From: Geopsychrobacteraceae bacterium
GTDB taxonomy: Bacteria; Desulfobacterota; Desulfuromonadia; Desulfuromonadales; Geopsychrobacteraceae
NCBI GenBank assembly: GCA_963676795.2
Contig: CAXXTB010000001.1
Span: 352,001-416,000, forward strand
Length of the DNA: 64,000 nt
Direction: 5' to 3'
Made by a program: the position numbers and the translations under genes
Notes under the pieces: model-generated
Told to the model about the DNA's origin: nothing
Seen by the model: the letters and a program-made list of their open reading frames with translations, nothing else
The model's database searches: none
Shown: piece after piece, positions 1 through 13,390 of the stretch
Numbering within the stretch: the stretch's first letter is position 1
Layout of the letters: every line of letters begins with the position of its first letter

Positions 1-785
1 AAATCCTCGATACCCCGGTATTTCTGCAATGCATCATGGAGTTTGCCCTGCTCTTCAAGAAGGCTGGCCAGATTGTATTCCACCTCACTACGATAACGGC
101 TTTGCGGATAATCCTCTACAAGTTTTGTCCAGTCGGCCTGCGCTGCAGTATAACGTTTTTCCAGCAGAGCAAGCCCCCCCTTACGATAGAGTGCTTCATC
201 CACCAGCTGGCTTTCAGGAAAAAGTTCGAGCAGATTTTCCAGTTCAATGCGCGCCTGGGTATAGTTTTCCAGGTGAAAGTAACAGTCGGCAATTTCGTAA
301 AGGTATTGGTCCGCTTGAGGAGCGGAATCCTGGTAGAGCTGCTGATAATAGACGATCGCCTGGGAATAGTCGCGTAGCGAATACTTGAAGATCCGGGCAG
401 CTTCTTCCTGGGCGGCATGAAGCAGCTGGCTTTGCGGGTAATCATGCTCCAGAGTCAGGTAACTTAACAACGCCTGACGCACATCACGCAGATCGTATTG
501 CCAGAGTTTACCGATTCGGTAGAGTGCTTCTTCAGCCTGTGCCGAATGAGGGTAATCGGCAACGATCTTCTGATAGGTTTTGCTCGCTTCGCTCAGCTGC
601 TGATGCGCTTCCTGCCTGGTGCCCCGTTCAAGTAGCTTCTGTGGAACGGCTGACCATTGGTGAATGAACCCGTAGTAACCACCAATGGCCAGTACAACGA
701 CAATCAGAACAATCCGCAGACCATTCCAGAAAGCCTTATTCTTCCGACACGTCTCCCGCCTCTGATTCCTGAGCTCCTGCTTCAA
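1..785 (-). CDS. Membrane-anchored tetratricopeptide-repeat protein (BamD/YfiO/CpoB-like), 3' end runs off the window; start uncertain
   Basis: Not in the ORF track. Manual translation of the minus strand gives an open frame to base 1: ...[24 protein letters not shown]...[22 protein letters not shown]...[17 protein letters not shown]...[17 protein letters not shown]. It has an N-terminal hydrophobic helix and repeated YPxS-type TPR motifs. A candidate TTG start at 785 overlaps the gyrA end. Confidence 0.75.
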   Translation of the reverse strand, partial: MKQELRNQRRETCRKNKAFWNGLRIVLIVVVLAIGGYYGFIHQWSAVPQKLLERGTRQEAHQQLSEASKTYQKIVADYPHSAQAEEALYRIGKLWQYDLRDVRQALLSYLTLEHDYPQSQLLHAAQEEAARIFKYSLRDYSQAIVYYQQLYQDSAPQADQYLYEIADCYFHLENYTQARIELENLLELFPESQLVDEALYRKGGLALLEKRYTAAQADWTKLVEDYPQSRYRSEVEYNLASLLEEQGKLHDALQKYRGIED

Positions 786-3249
786 TTGCTTCTTCAGCTT
801 GTTCAGACTCATCAGCGTTGTCCTTTTCAGCCAGCTTGGCAACAGAGACGATAAACTCGTCCTCTTCCAGGACCATCATCCGGACCCCTTGGGTATTGCG
901 TCCGATTGAACGGAAGTTTTTGACTGCGGTTCTGAGCAGCTTGCCGCGGTTGGTGATAAACATCAGGTCGGAATCCTCATCGACCATCTTGATATCGACA
1001 ACACGACCGTTACGCTCGCTGGTCTTTATGGTGATAATCCCTTTACCGCCACGGCTCTGAACTCGATATTCCTCGATATCGGTGCGCTTTCCATAGCCAT
1101 TTTCGGTGATCGTCACCAGCGCCAGTGAAGTACTGTCGGTGACCGACTGCAGGCCGATGACCTCATCATCCCCTTCGAGGTTCATACCGCGTACACCGCG
1201 GGCCGGGCGGCCCATCGGCCGGACATCACTTTCCGGGAAGCGGATCGATTTACCGTTACGGGTGGCGAGCAGCAGATCGCGCTTGCCGTCGGTCAGACGG
1301 GCCTCGATCAGATGATCGTCGTCATCGATGGTCAGGGCGATAATCCCGCCGCTACGCGGATTTGAATAGGCCATCAGATCGGTTTTCTTGATGATCCCCT
1401 TGGCTGTCGCGGTGACGATGTACTTTCCTTCTTCGAAGGTCTTGACCGGCAGAATGGTCATGACCTTCTCTTCTGGAGCCAGCTGCAGCAGGTTGACGAT
1501 CGCCTTGCCACGCGATGCACGGCCGCCCTGCGGAATCTCGTGGACCTTGAGCCAGTAGACCTTGCCCAGATCGGTAAACACCAGCACGTAGGAGTGAGTC
1601 GAGGCGATGAAGAGGTTTTCGACGAAATCCTCTTCCTTCGGCTTGATGCCACTCTTGCCTTTGCCGCCACGGCGCTGAGCCCGATAGAGGGAAACCGCAT
1701 TACGCTTGATGTAGCCGCCGTGGGTAACAGTAACGACCATATCCTCTTCGACGATCATATCTTCGAGGGTCAGGTCGGCGCTTCTGTCAAGGATCTCGGT
1801 ACGCCGAGGATTCGCGAATTTTTCCTGAACTTCGATCAGTTCCTCTTTAATGATCTTGAGAATCTCGACCTCACTGGCCAGAATCTCCTTGAGACGGGCG
1901 ATCAGGGCGAGAATTTCACGCAGCTCTTCCAGTATTTTTTCCTGTTCGAGACCGGTCAGGCGATGCAGACGCATGTTGAGAATTTCCTGCGCCTGTATTT
2001 CAGAGAAGCCAAAGCGCCCCATCAAACTGATCTTTGCCTCAGCCGGCGTCTTGCTCGACTTGATGATCTGAATGACTTCGTCCAGATTATCAAGAGCGAT
2101 CTTGAAGCCCTGCAAAATATGTTCGCGTGCTTCGGCCTTTTTCAGCTCGAAGATACAGCGGCGGGTGACAATTTCACGCCGGTGATCAATAAAGCTGTTG
2201 AGCACTTCACGCAGAGTCAGGATTTTCGGCTGACCGGAAATAATCGCCAGCATGATGATGCCGAAAGAAGACTGCATGGCGGTCATCTTGTAAAGCTGGT
2301 TGATGATGACGCCTGGTACGGTATCCTTCTTCAGCTCAATGACTATCCGCATCCCGTCGCGGTCCGACTCATCACGCAGATCGGAAATTCCTTCGATCTT
2401 CTTCTCCTTAACCAGATCAGCCATCTTTTCGATCAGTTTAGCCTTGTTGACCTGGTAGGGGATCTCCGTGACGACAATCGCTTCGCGTCCACTGCGACGA
2501 TCAACCTCGACGATGGCGCGGGCACGCATCTGAACGATGCCGCGGCCAGTCTTGTAGGCTTCCTTGATTCCTTCACGGCCATTGATAAAACCGGCGGTCG
2601 GAAAATCAGGACCAGGGATGATGTCAATCAAATCATCGTCATTCAAACGCGGGTCATCGATCAGGGCAACCAGGCCATTGATGACTTCTCCGAGGTTGTG
2701 GGGTGGTATCTTGGTTGCCATCCCGACTGCGATCCCCTCCGAACCGTTGACCAGCAAGTTGGGAAACTTGCAGGGAAGGACCAACGGCTCTTCCAGCGAA
2801 TCATCGTAGTTTGGACCGTAGTCAACAGTTTCTTTTTCGATGTCGGCCAGCAGCTCATGAGCCAGTTTGTCCATGCGAATTTCGGTGTAACGCATCGCGG
2901 CAGCAGAGTCACCGTCAATCGAACCGAAGTTACCCTGGCCATCGACCAGCGGGTGACGCATGGAGAAATCCTGGGCCATCCGGACGATTGTGTCATAGAC
3001 TGCACTGTCACCGTGCGGGTGATACTTACCGATAACGTCACCGACGACACGTGCCGATTTCTTGTATGGCTTGTTATAATCGTTACCAAGGTCATGCATG
3101 GCATAAAGAATCCGGCGGTGAACCGGCTTCAATCCGTCACGGACATCCGGCAGCGCACGTCCGACGATAACGCTCATCGCGTAGTCCATGTAGGACTTGC
3201 GCATTTCATCAACAATGTTGACGGTCACTTTGTTCTGTTCAGTCAGCAT
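736..3249 (-). CDS. gyrA: DNA gyrase subunit A
   Basis: [28 protein letters not shown], catalytic AAMRYTE, GyrA-box QRRGGKG and C-terminal beta-pinwheel repeats. Confidence 0.99.
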   Translation of the reverse strand: MLTEQNKVTVNIVDEMRKSYMDYAMSVIVGRALPDVRDGLKPVHRRILYAMHDLGNDYNKPYKKSARVVGDVIGKYHPHGDSAVYDTIVRMAQDFSMRHPLVDGQGNFGSIDGDSAAAMRYTEIRMDKLAHELLADIEKETVDYGPNYDDSLEEPLVLPCKFPNLLVNGSEGIAVGMATKIPPHNLGEVINGLVALIDDPRLNDDDLIDIIPGPDFPTAGFINGREGIKEAYKTGRGIVQMRARAIVEVDRRSGREAIVVTEIPYQVNKAKLIEKMADLVKEKKIEGISDLRDESDRDGMRIVIELKKDTVPGVIINQLYKMTAMQSSFGIIMLAIISGQPKILTLREVLNSFIDHRREIVTRRCIFELKKAEAREHILQGFKIALDNLDEVIQIIKSSKTPAEAKISLMGRFGFSEIQAQEILNMRLHRLTGLEQEKILEELREILALIARLKEILASEVEILKIIKEELIEVQEKFANPRRTEILDRSADLTLEDMIVEEDMVVTVTHGGYIKRNAVSLYRAQRRGGKGKSGIKPKEEDFVENLFIASTHSYVLVFTDLGKVYWLKVHEIPQGGRASRGKAIVNLLQLAPEEKVMTILPVKTFEEGKYIVTATAKGIIKKTDLMAYSNPRSGGIIALTIDDDDHLIEARLTDGKRDLLLATRNGKSIRFPESDVRPMGRPARGVRGMNLEGDDEVIGLQSVTDSTSLALVTITENGYGKRTDIEEYRVQSRGGKGIITIKTSERNGRVVDIKMVDEDSDLMFITNRGKLLRTAVKNFRSIGRNTQGVRMMVLEEDEFIVSVAKLAEKDNADESEQAEEAIEAGAQESEAGDVSEE

Positions 3250-3283
3250 CTATTCCTCCAAACTTCCGCAAGGAAGTCATGAA

Positions 3284-6734
<3,451 letters not shown>

Positions 6735-6740
6735 TTAAAT

Positions 6741-7844
6741 CTAAATTCTCATTGGCATAATTACCGTAATGTAATTTTCATCGTTCAACGGACTGATAAG
6801 TCCTGGTGAAATATTGTCTTTAAGAAACAAATTTACAGAATCTGTTTTTATAACTTGTAAAATATCAATTATATATCGAGCATTAAAGCCGATAGTAATA
6901 TCATCACCAATATAATCAATTTCTATTTCTTCTCTTGCATCACCCAGATCTGGATTTGAAGAACTGAGAACTAACAGGTTTTTACTTATAGATACTTTTA
7001 TACCTTTTGATTTTTCACTGGATAGAATAGAAATCCTTCTCAAAGCATGTAAGAAATTTTCTCTTTTGATTTCAGCAACATTCTTTCCTTTTTCGGGTAT
7101 GACTCTTTTATAGTCCGGAAAATCCCCATCTACCATTCGCATGATCAGCGTGCTTTGATCATTTGATATTGAAAAATTATTATCTGTTACACCTATATGA
7201 ATTAAAGAATCTGTAATTTCTATCAACTTTCTGAATTCTAAAATTCCTTTTTTAGGTAAGATAAATCCTTTTTGAAATTTCTCTTCGTTTAAACCATCAA
7301 CGGAACTTTTTGAAAGTGAAAGTCTATGACCGTCTGTAGAAACAAAATTAAGGAAGCCATCTTCATTTTTTATGAATATACCTGTAAGATTAAATTTAGT
7401 TTCGTCATTAGAAACTGAGAATATTGTTTTCTCAATCATTTCACTAATAATATTTTTATCTATTATAACTTTATTTGTATTTATTTCTGGAAATTTTGGA
7501 AAGTCGTCTGGAGATAAACCAACCAAGTTAAATAATGATTTTTCACATTTAATTTCTACCCAGTAATTATTTTTCGTAGTTATATTTATTACACTATCGG
7601 GAAGTTCTTTAATAATTTCGAATAGTTTTTTAGCCGAAATAGTAATCTTTCCTGATTCTATAATGTCTGCTTCATAAGTGGATTTTACTCCTACTTCAAG
7701 ATCTGTAGCAGTCATGATTATTTGATTGTTTATAGCTTCTATAAGTACGTTTGCGAGTATTGGAATAGTGTGCTTTTTTTCAATGATTCCCTGAACTTTG
7801 TTTAAAGCTTTTAGAAATTGGTCTTTGCTAATATTGAATTGCAT
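6741..7844 (-). CDS. dnaN: DNA polymerase III beta sliding clamp
   Basis: TIPILANVLI, ATDLE, STDGHRL, GDFPDYKRVIP, IGFNARY, C-terminal VIMPMRI. GGAGGA RBS upstream. Confidence 0.98.
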   Translation of the reverse strand: MQFNISKDQFLKALNKVQGIIEKKHTIPILANVLIEAINNQIIMTATDLEVGVKSTYEADIIESGKITISAKKLFEIIKELPDSVINITTKNNYWVEIKCEKSLFNLVGLSPDDFPKFPEINTNKVIIDKNIISEMIEKTIFSVSNDETKFNLTGIFIKNEDGFLNFVSTDGHRLSLSKSSVDGLNEEKFQKGFILPKKGILEFRKLIEITDSLIHIGVTDNNFSISNDQSTLIMRMVDGDFPDYKRVIPEKGKNVAEIKRENFLHALRRISILSSEKSKGIKVSISKNLLVLSSSNPDLGDAREEIEIDYIGDDITIGFNARYIIDILQVIKTDSVNLFLKDNISPGLISPLNDENYITVIMPMRI

Positions 7845-8061
7845 CGTTATCCTCCGTCTTGTCTACTATATCTAATTATATTTAAAATCTTTTTAGTAGT
7901 AGTAATAGGTCCTGTTTATACCTAGGAAATCGTTTAAATAGCTGATTTTTCGTAAAAATTTTCATTTATAAGTTGTGGATAAACTGCACTGTTTAATCAC
8001 AACTTATCTTGAAAATTTTCTAATAATCTACATATCCACAATTTGGGGTCGATTGTCCACA
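7845..8061. other. oriC: Replication origin oriC, dnaA-dnaN sub-region with DnaA boxes, DnaA-trios and AT-rich unwinding element
   Basis: Perfect DnaA box TGTGGATAA (reverse complement TTATCCACA) at 7974-7982. One-mismatch boxes ATATCCACA 8032-8040 and TTGTCCACA 8053-8061. TAG-TAG-TAG-TAA-TAG trio array at 7894-7908, next to GTCC and a degenerate box (7913-7921). AT cluster at about 7866-7893. Confidence 0.85.
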
Positions 8062-9432
8062 TCAGATACTTAATCTTTCCATAAGTTTTTCAACAAGCGT
8101 TTTTGTGTAGACATCTTCTTCCATTTTTTTCTCAATTTTTTTGATGGCATGAATGATTGTTGAGTGATCTTTGCCACCAAACTTGGTACCTATTTCCGGG
8201 TATGACAGATCTGTTAATTTTCTGCAGATATACATTGCAATTTGCCTGGGCAATACAAGATTCTTCAATCTTTTTGAGGACTTAAGTTCATTAACTCTAA
8301 TTTGAAAATTTTCAGCAACGAGTTTTTGAATTTTTTCAATCGTTATTTCTTTACTGTTCTCAACGATTATGTCCTTAAGAATTGTTTTTGCCATTTCAAG
8401 GTCAATCGGTGTTGCAGTAAGGCTTGCATAGGCCCCGATTCGGATCAGATATCCTTCGAGTTCCCTGACATTACTGGTGATAGAGCTTGCCAGGAAATAT
8501 AAAACGTCTTCAGGTATATCAATGCAGTTCTGATCTGCTTTCATCTTCAGAATTGCTTGCTTTGTTTCTGTATCAGGTGCTTGTATATCTGCAATCAATC
8601 CCCACTCAAAACGGGAGCGTAACCTTTCTTCAAGGTCCGGTATTTCCTTAGGGAATTTGTCCGAAGTAACAACGATCTGTTTGTGAGATTCATAGAGTGC
8701 ATTAAAAGTGTGGAAGAATTCTTCTTGAGTACTTTTTTTACCTGCAATGAATTGTATATCGTCTATAAGAAGGACATCAATGGATCTGAACTTATTTCTA
8801 AAATCGTCCATTTTACCATGTCTCAGAGAGTTAATAAGTTCATTGGTGAACTTTTCAGATGAATAATAACAAATTTTTATATTATGATCCTGTCTTATAA
8901 GTTCATTACCTATTGCATTTACAAGGTGAGTTTTTCCAAGTCCTACACCTCCGTATATAAATAGTGGATTATAAGTTGTTGCCGGATTATTTGAAACCGC
9001 TAGAGAAGCAGCATGGGCAAATTGATTAGTAGGACCTGATACAAATGTATCGAATGTATATTTTGGATTTAAATTTGATACTTCAATCGTTTCTTTTTTA
9101 TACGTATTGATTTGAGGTTTAGATACCTCTTCCTTATGAGATTCTTCGATTATTTCTGGCAAATCATCAATTAATATTTTCTTTATTATAATATTCTTAT
9201 TTACTTTTAATATTATATTATATTTTTTATCTGAAATTTCGAATAGAACTTTTTCAATGGTTGCTTTGTAGTTGTCCTTAACCCAATCTTTTATAAACTT
9301 ATTATTTGTTTCTAATATTAGATTTAGATCAACAACTTCTGACACCTGTAATGGTTCAATCCAGGTAGAAAAATTCTGTTCATTAAAGTTTTTTTTCAGC
9401 TCTATAAGAGCTTTATTCCAAAGTTCGTTCAT
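8062..9432 (-). CDS. dnaA: Chromosomal replication initiator DnaA
   Basis: LNPKYTFDTFV, YNPLFIYGGVGLGKTHL, LLIDDIQF, RLRSRFEWGL, GGKDHSTIIHA. Start placed at MNELWNK (9432). Confidence 0.99.
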   Translation of the reverse strand: MNELWNKALIELKKNFNEQNFSTWIEPLQVSEVVDLNLILETNNKFIKDWVKDNYKATIEKVLFEISDKKYNIILKVNKNIIIKKILIDDLPEIIEESHKEEVSKPQINTYKKETIEVSNLNPKYTFDTFVSGPTNQFAHAASLAVSNNPATTYNPLFIYGGVGLGKTHLVNAIGNELIRQDHNIKICYYSSEKFTNELINSLRHGKMDDFRNKFRSIDVLLIDDIQFIAGKKSTQEEFFHTFNALYESHKQIVVTSDKFPKEIPDLEERLRSRFEWGLIADIQAPDTETKQAILKMKADQNCIDIPEDVLYFLASSITSNVRELEGYLIRIGAYASLTATPIDLEMAKTILKDIIVENSKEITIEKIQKLVAENFQIRVNELKSSKRLKNLVLPRQIAMYICRKLTDLSYPEIGTKFGGKDHSTIIHAIKKIEKKMEEDVYTKTLVEKLMERLSI

Positions 9433-9435
9433 TTT

Positions 9436-9544
9436 TAATCCACAACTTATTAACAACTGTGTATAATTTTGTTGTTTTTTAAATAACTGAAATTTAATAG
9501 AAAAATTGATATTACAAACAGTTTTAACTGATTGTTGTAGATAA
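9436..9544. promoter_or_regulatory. Second DnaA-box cluster upstream of dnaA (autoregulation and/or second half of a bipartite oriC)
   Basis: TAATCCACA 9436-9444, TTATTAACA 9447-9455, TGTGTATAA 9458-9466 (reverse complement TTATACACA, matches TTWTNCACA) and TGTAGATAA 9536-9544. Confidence 0.75.
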
Positions 9545-9657
9545 CTATAGACCGAATTCAGCCGCCTGTCAGTAAAATTTTCTGACGATTTTTTGTTGAC
9601 TTAGCGCGCCTTTTATGATTAAAAGCACTGTTTTTGTAACTAAAGGAGGATACAGCT

Positions 9658-9810
9658 ATGTCTAAAAGAACTTACCAACCGAGCCGAATCAAGCGTAAGC
9701 GGACTCATGGTTTCAGAAAACGGATGCAAACCAAAAACGGACGTCAGGTCATCAACAGACGTCGTTCACGTGGTAGAAAATCACTGACTGTTTCTATTCC
9801 GCAGAAGTGA
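9658..9810 (+). CDS. rpmH: 50S ribosomal protein L34
   Basis: Not in the ORF track. Manual translation [50 protein letters not shown], with AAGGAGGA RBS; divergent from dnaA. Confidence 0.98.
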   Translation: MSKRTYQPSRIKRKRTHGFRKRMQTKNGRQVINRRRSRGRKSLTVSIPQK

Positions 9811-9811
9811 T

Positions 9812-10150
9812 ATGAATCAAAGGTTTCCTGGTGACTCTCGATTAAAGAAGTCCTGGGAATTCAAACGGATTGATAAGATGGGGTGTAAATTTCATACACC
9901 CCATTTTGTTCTTTTGCTTGAAAAAACTTCGTGCACACAGTCACGCCTCGGTGTAACAGTCAGTAAGAAAGTTGGTAATGCTGTTATTCGAAATCGACTG
10001 AAAAGACAGATCAGGGAATTTTTCAGAACAAATTTGTCCTGTTTAAATTCATATGATTTCGTAATAATTGCAAAAAGAAATGCGTCTCAGATAAGTTCAT
10101 CACTTATTCAAAATGAATTGTCTTTTCTAAGGACTATGAATTTGGATTAA
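9812..10150 (+). CDS. rnpA: Ribonuclease P protein component
   Basis: [28 protein letters not shown] (RNR motif); follows rpmH. Confidence 0.96.
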   Translation: MNQRFPGDSRLKKSWEFKRIDKMGCKFHTPHFVLLLEKTSCTQSRLGVTVSKKVGNAVIRNRLKRQIREFFRTNLSCLNSYDFVIIAKRNASQISSSLIQNELSFLRTMNLD

Positions 10151-10154
10151 AACG

Positions 10155-10397
10155 ATGAAATCGTTGCTAATATATTTAGTAAAATTATACCGTCTTTGCA
10201 TTTCTCCTCTATATCCGCCCTGTTGTCGTTTTTATCCGTCATGCTCTACCTATGCAATCGATGCACTTAAAATTCATGGTGTATTTAAAGGATCTGCACT
10301 TTCTGTTTACAGAATATTAAGGTGCCATCCTTTATGTTCAGGTGGTTATGACCCTGTTCCTCCTATAAATAATCGGGAAATCACTCATGGAAAGTAA
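10155..10397 (+). CDS. yidD: Membrane protein insertion efficiency factor YidD
   Basis: ISP...[11 protein letters not shown]...RILRCHP...GGYDPVP. Confidence 0.96.
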   Translation: MKSLLIYLVKLYRLCISPLYPPCCRFYPSCSTYAIDALKIHGVFKGSALSVYRILRCHPLCSGGYDPVPPINNREITHGK

Positions 10398-11982
10398 AAG
10401 AACAATCATTGCCATTGTTTTAATCATGGTCCTCTGGTCGGTTTACACTATTTTCTTTACACCTAAGCAGTCAGAGCAAAACGCTGTTAACGATGATATT
10501 ACTGCTACAGAGATTATTCCCGCGAAACAAGAATCTGCTAGTGTTCCTGCTTCTGTTGATTCAACTTTGTCCGTTTCTGAGCAAGCTGTAGATATTCCTC
10601 ATCGTCAGATCAGGGTTATCTCTGACAATTATGTCTATATTCTTGATTCGATGGGGGCTTCGGTTTCCAGTGTTGAGTTGACGCGTTACAAAGAGACACA
10701 TGATGAGGATTCCACTGATAAATTCTTGTTTTCAGATGAGAATCCCAATACTTTCATTCTGTCCGGTTCTGATGGTCTATATTTTCCTGAATCTATAAAC
10801 TATGCGTTGGCTGAAGGCACACCAGATGAAATCACTGTTAACAATGATTCGTCCGATGTTGTTTTCGTTATGACTTTCAACGGCGTTCAGGTGACCAAAA
10901 CATACAGGTTCAATGCTGACAATTACAATTTTGACCTTTTGGTCAGTGTTGCTAATGTTTCAGACATAATTCAACAGGGTCGCATCAACCTGAGCCATAA
11001 GCATAATCATATTGAGGATGATAAATCTCAGGCGCGCTCTTTTTATGGTCCCGTATCCTATTCTTCTGGAAAACTCATTGAGGACAAGACTAAAAATCTA
11101 GACTCTGCTAAGATTTATCCGGAAAATACAATCTGGTCCGGATATATGACCAAATATTTCATCTCAGCCGTTGCACCAGTCGATAATTTTGACACTGTCA
11201 GGGTGTCATATAATCAGACTTTTGTGGAAAACCTGTTTACTTCTAAATCCTTTTCTTTGAATCCCGGTAATACGTCAAATTTTTCTTATTCCGCATATAT
11301 CGGTCCTAAGGAGATTGAACACCTGACAGCGGCTGACCATAATTATGTGGAATCTATACATTACGGGTTTCTCCAACCGCTGTCTAAACCGTTGATGTCG
11401 GTTCTGCGGTTCTTCTACAGTTACCTCGGCAATTACGGTTTTGCAATTATCCTGCTGACGGTTTGTATCAAGCTCATTTTCTGGCCTTTGACCCAGAAGA
11501 GCTACAAATCAATGCGCGGGATGCAGAAGCTTCAGCCTGAGATGAAAAAAATCCGTGAGAAATATGCTTCTGACAAGCAGAAGATGAATCAGGAAATCAT
11601 GAAGTTTTATAAGGAGCAAAAGGTCAGCCCACTTGGTGGCTGCTTGCCTATGGTCATCCAGATTCCTGTTTTCTTCGCCTTATATAGCGCTCTTATGGGT
11701 GCAATAGAGCTTCGTCATGCACCTTTCCTGCTGTGGATTACAGATCTTTCGGCTAAAGATCCTTACTACGTCACACCTATTATTATGGGCGTGACAATGT
11801 TCCTGCAACAAAAGATGACGCCGACCAGTCTTGATCCAACGCAGGAAAAGTTGATGCTTTTCATGCCGATCATTTTTACCGTTATGTTTTTGAATTTTCC
11901 GTCTGGTCTCGTTGTTTACTGGCTTATCAATAACTTGCTGACGATCCTTCAACAATACCTGATCCGTCGTCAGACCAGCTGA
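10387..11982 (+). CDS. yidC: Membrane protein insertase YidC
   Basis: N-terminal TM, periplasmic domain, [45 protein letters not shown]. Confidence 0.97.
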   Translation: MESKRTIIAIVLIMVLWSVYTIFFTPKQSEQNAVNDDITATEIIPAKQESASVPASVDSTLSVSEQAVDIPHRQIRVISDNYVYILDSMGASVSSVELTRYKETHDEDSTDKFLFSDENPNTFILSGSDGLYFPESINYALAEGTPDEITVNNDSSDVVFVMTFNGVQVTKTYRFNADNYNFDLLVSVANVSDIIQQGRINLSHKHNHIEDDKSQARSFYGPVSYSSGKLIEDKTKNLDSAKIYPENTIWSGYMTKYFISAVAPVDNFDTVRVSYNQTFVENLFTSKSFSLNPGNTSNFSYSAYIGPKEIEHLTAADHNYVESIHYGFLQPLSKPLMSVLRFFYSYLGNYGFAIILLTVCIKLIFWPLTQKSYKSMRGMQKLQPEMKKIREKYASDKQKMNQEIMKFYKEQKVSPLGGCLPMVIQIPVFFALYSALMGAIELRHAPFLLWITDLSAKDPYYVTPIIMGVTMFLQQKMTPTSLDPTQEKLMLFMPIIFTVMFLNFPSGLVVYWLINNLLTILQQYLIRRQTS

Positions 11983-11991
11983 TGATCTATT

Positions 11992-13359
11992 ATGAATCTT
12001 AAAGACACTATTATCGCGCCGGCCACCGCTACTGGGGCCGGCGGTATCAGTATCATCCGGATTTCCGGTCATGATTCCTTACCCGCTTTATTTAGATATT
12101 TTCGTCCTGTCAGCAAGATCGATAAATTCATATCTCATCAGCTTTATTACGGTCACATCGTAGATCAAAATGAGCATTTGATTGATGAGGTCATGGCTGT
12201 GTATATGGCTTCGCCACGGACATACACGCGCCAGGATGTTGTTGAAATCCATTGTCACGGTAGTGTTCAGATTATTAAATCTATCCTGCGTCTTTTTGAA
12301 AATATAGGTGTACGTCTCGCTGCTCCCGGTGAGTTCACTTATCGTGCTTTTATCAATGGTCGTATCGATCTGTCTCAGGCAGAAGCGGTTGCGCAGTTGG
12401 TTTCTGCAAAGAGTGAATCATCTCATCGTTTGGCTTTGTCTCAGCTTGATGGGGCTCTGAGTAAAACTATCTTTGAGTTTACTCAGCAGATAAAACAGAT
12501 GGTGGTCTTTTTTGAAGCCTGGATCGATTTTCCTGAAGAGGATATTCCCGAAGAAGACATCAGTTCCTATCTTTCAGCCGTTACCGAAATTTATCAGAGA
12601 ATTCATGCTATAAGCTCTTCGTTTTCTCTTGGCCGAATTCTTAAGGAAGGTGTTTCAATCGTTCTAGCGGGTCAGCCAAATGTCGGCAAGAGCTCTTTGA
12701 TGAACGCTTTGCTTGGTGAAGATCGTGCTATTGTTACTGACGTTCCTGGTACGACCCGGGATCTTATCGAGGAAGGTCTGGTTATTCATGGCCTTCCTGT
12801 TAGATTGATTGATACCGCTGGTTTGCGCATATCTGAAGATCTGGTTGAAGCAGAAGGGATCAGGCGCGCTGAAGTCAAACTTAAAAGCGCTGATTTGGTT
12901 CTTTTGTTATTGGACTCTACAAAAGATATTGATAATCAGGATCAATGGATTATTGATCGTTGTGCTGATCTTAACTATATGGTTGTCTGGACCAAGGCCG
13001 ACATCTCTGGGCGCAGTTCTTGCCCTGAAATTTTCTCTGATAACCTTCAGTTTTGTATTTCTTCTAAATCTGGGCTGGGTATTGATGCCTTGGCCGATGC
13101 TATCGCCAATCATTTTATACAAGACCCCGCTGCATCCGGTGATTCTGTTGTTATTTCTGAACGTCGGCATTTTGAAGCCTTGAATAGGGCGGCAACGAGT
13201 TTGAATAATTTCATACAACTTATCTCTTCAGGTGGATCCCTCGAATTGTTGTCCTTTGAGTTAAGAGAGGCTCTCTATAGTCTTGGACAGATTTCAGGCG
13301 AAACAACAACAGAAGATTTGTTGACAGATATCTTTTCAGGATTCTGTATCGGTAAGTAA
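11992..13359 (+). CDS. mnmE: tRNA modification GTPase MnmE (TrmE)
   Basis: DTIIAPATA, GQPNVGKSSL, VTDVPGTTRD, DTAGLR, C-terminal FCIGK. Confidence 0.98.
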   Translation: MNLKDTIIAPATATGAGGISIIRISGHDSLPALFRYFRPVSKIDKFISHQLYYGHIVDQNEHLIDEVMAVYMASPRTYTRQDVVEIHCHGSVQIIKSILRLFENIGVRLAAPGEFTYRAFINGRIDLSQAEAVAQLVSAKSESSHRLALSQLDGALSKTIFEFTQQIKQMVVFFEAWIDFPEEDIPEEDISSYLSAVTEIYQRIHAISSSFSLGRILKEGVSIVLAGQPNVGKSSLMNALLGEDRAIVTDVPGTTRDLIEEGLVIHGLPVRLIDTAGLRISEDLVEAEGIRRAEVKLKSADLVLLLLDSTKDIDNQDQWIIDRCADLNYMVVWTKADISGRSSCPEIFSDNLQFCISSKSGLGIDALADAIANHFIQDPAASGDSVVISERRHFEALNRAATSLNNFIQLISSGGSLELLSFELREALYSLGQISGETTTEDLLTDIFSGFCIGK

Positions 13360-13360
13360 T

Positions 13361-13376
13361 TGTTTCACGTGAAACA
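13361..13376. promoter_or_regulatory. parS: parS centromere-like site (ParB loading site)
   Basis: Perfect 16-bp palindrome TGTTTCACGTGAAACA matching the widespread parS consensus, in the mnmE-mnmG gap near parAB and oriC. Confidence 0.96.
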
Positions 13377-13390
13377 TCGAGTGATAGCAG

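Noticed and set aside
174..180. C7 homopolymer in the TPR gene as a possible frameshift or phase-variation tract
   Set aside because: The frame reads through intact (R-K-G-G-L), and the tract is short.
29..445. Short ORF-track calls at the left edge
   Set aside because: They overlap the minus-strand TPR frame, which the track missed because it runs off the window.
1540..3282. 580-aa + strand ORF antisense to gyrA (likewise 22368-23606, 33716-34894, 48463-49875)
   Set aside because: Shadow frames opposite well-conserved genes, expected from codon bias; no recognisable motifs.
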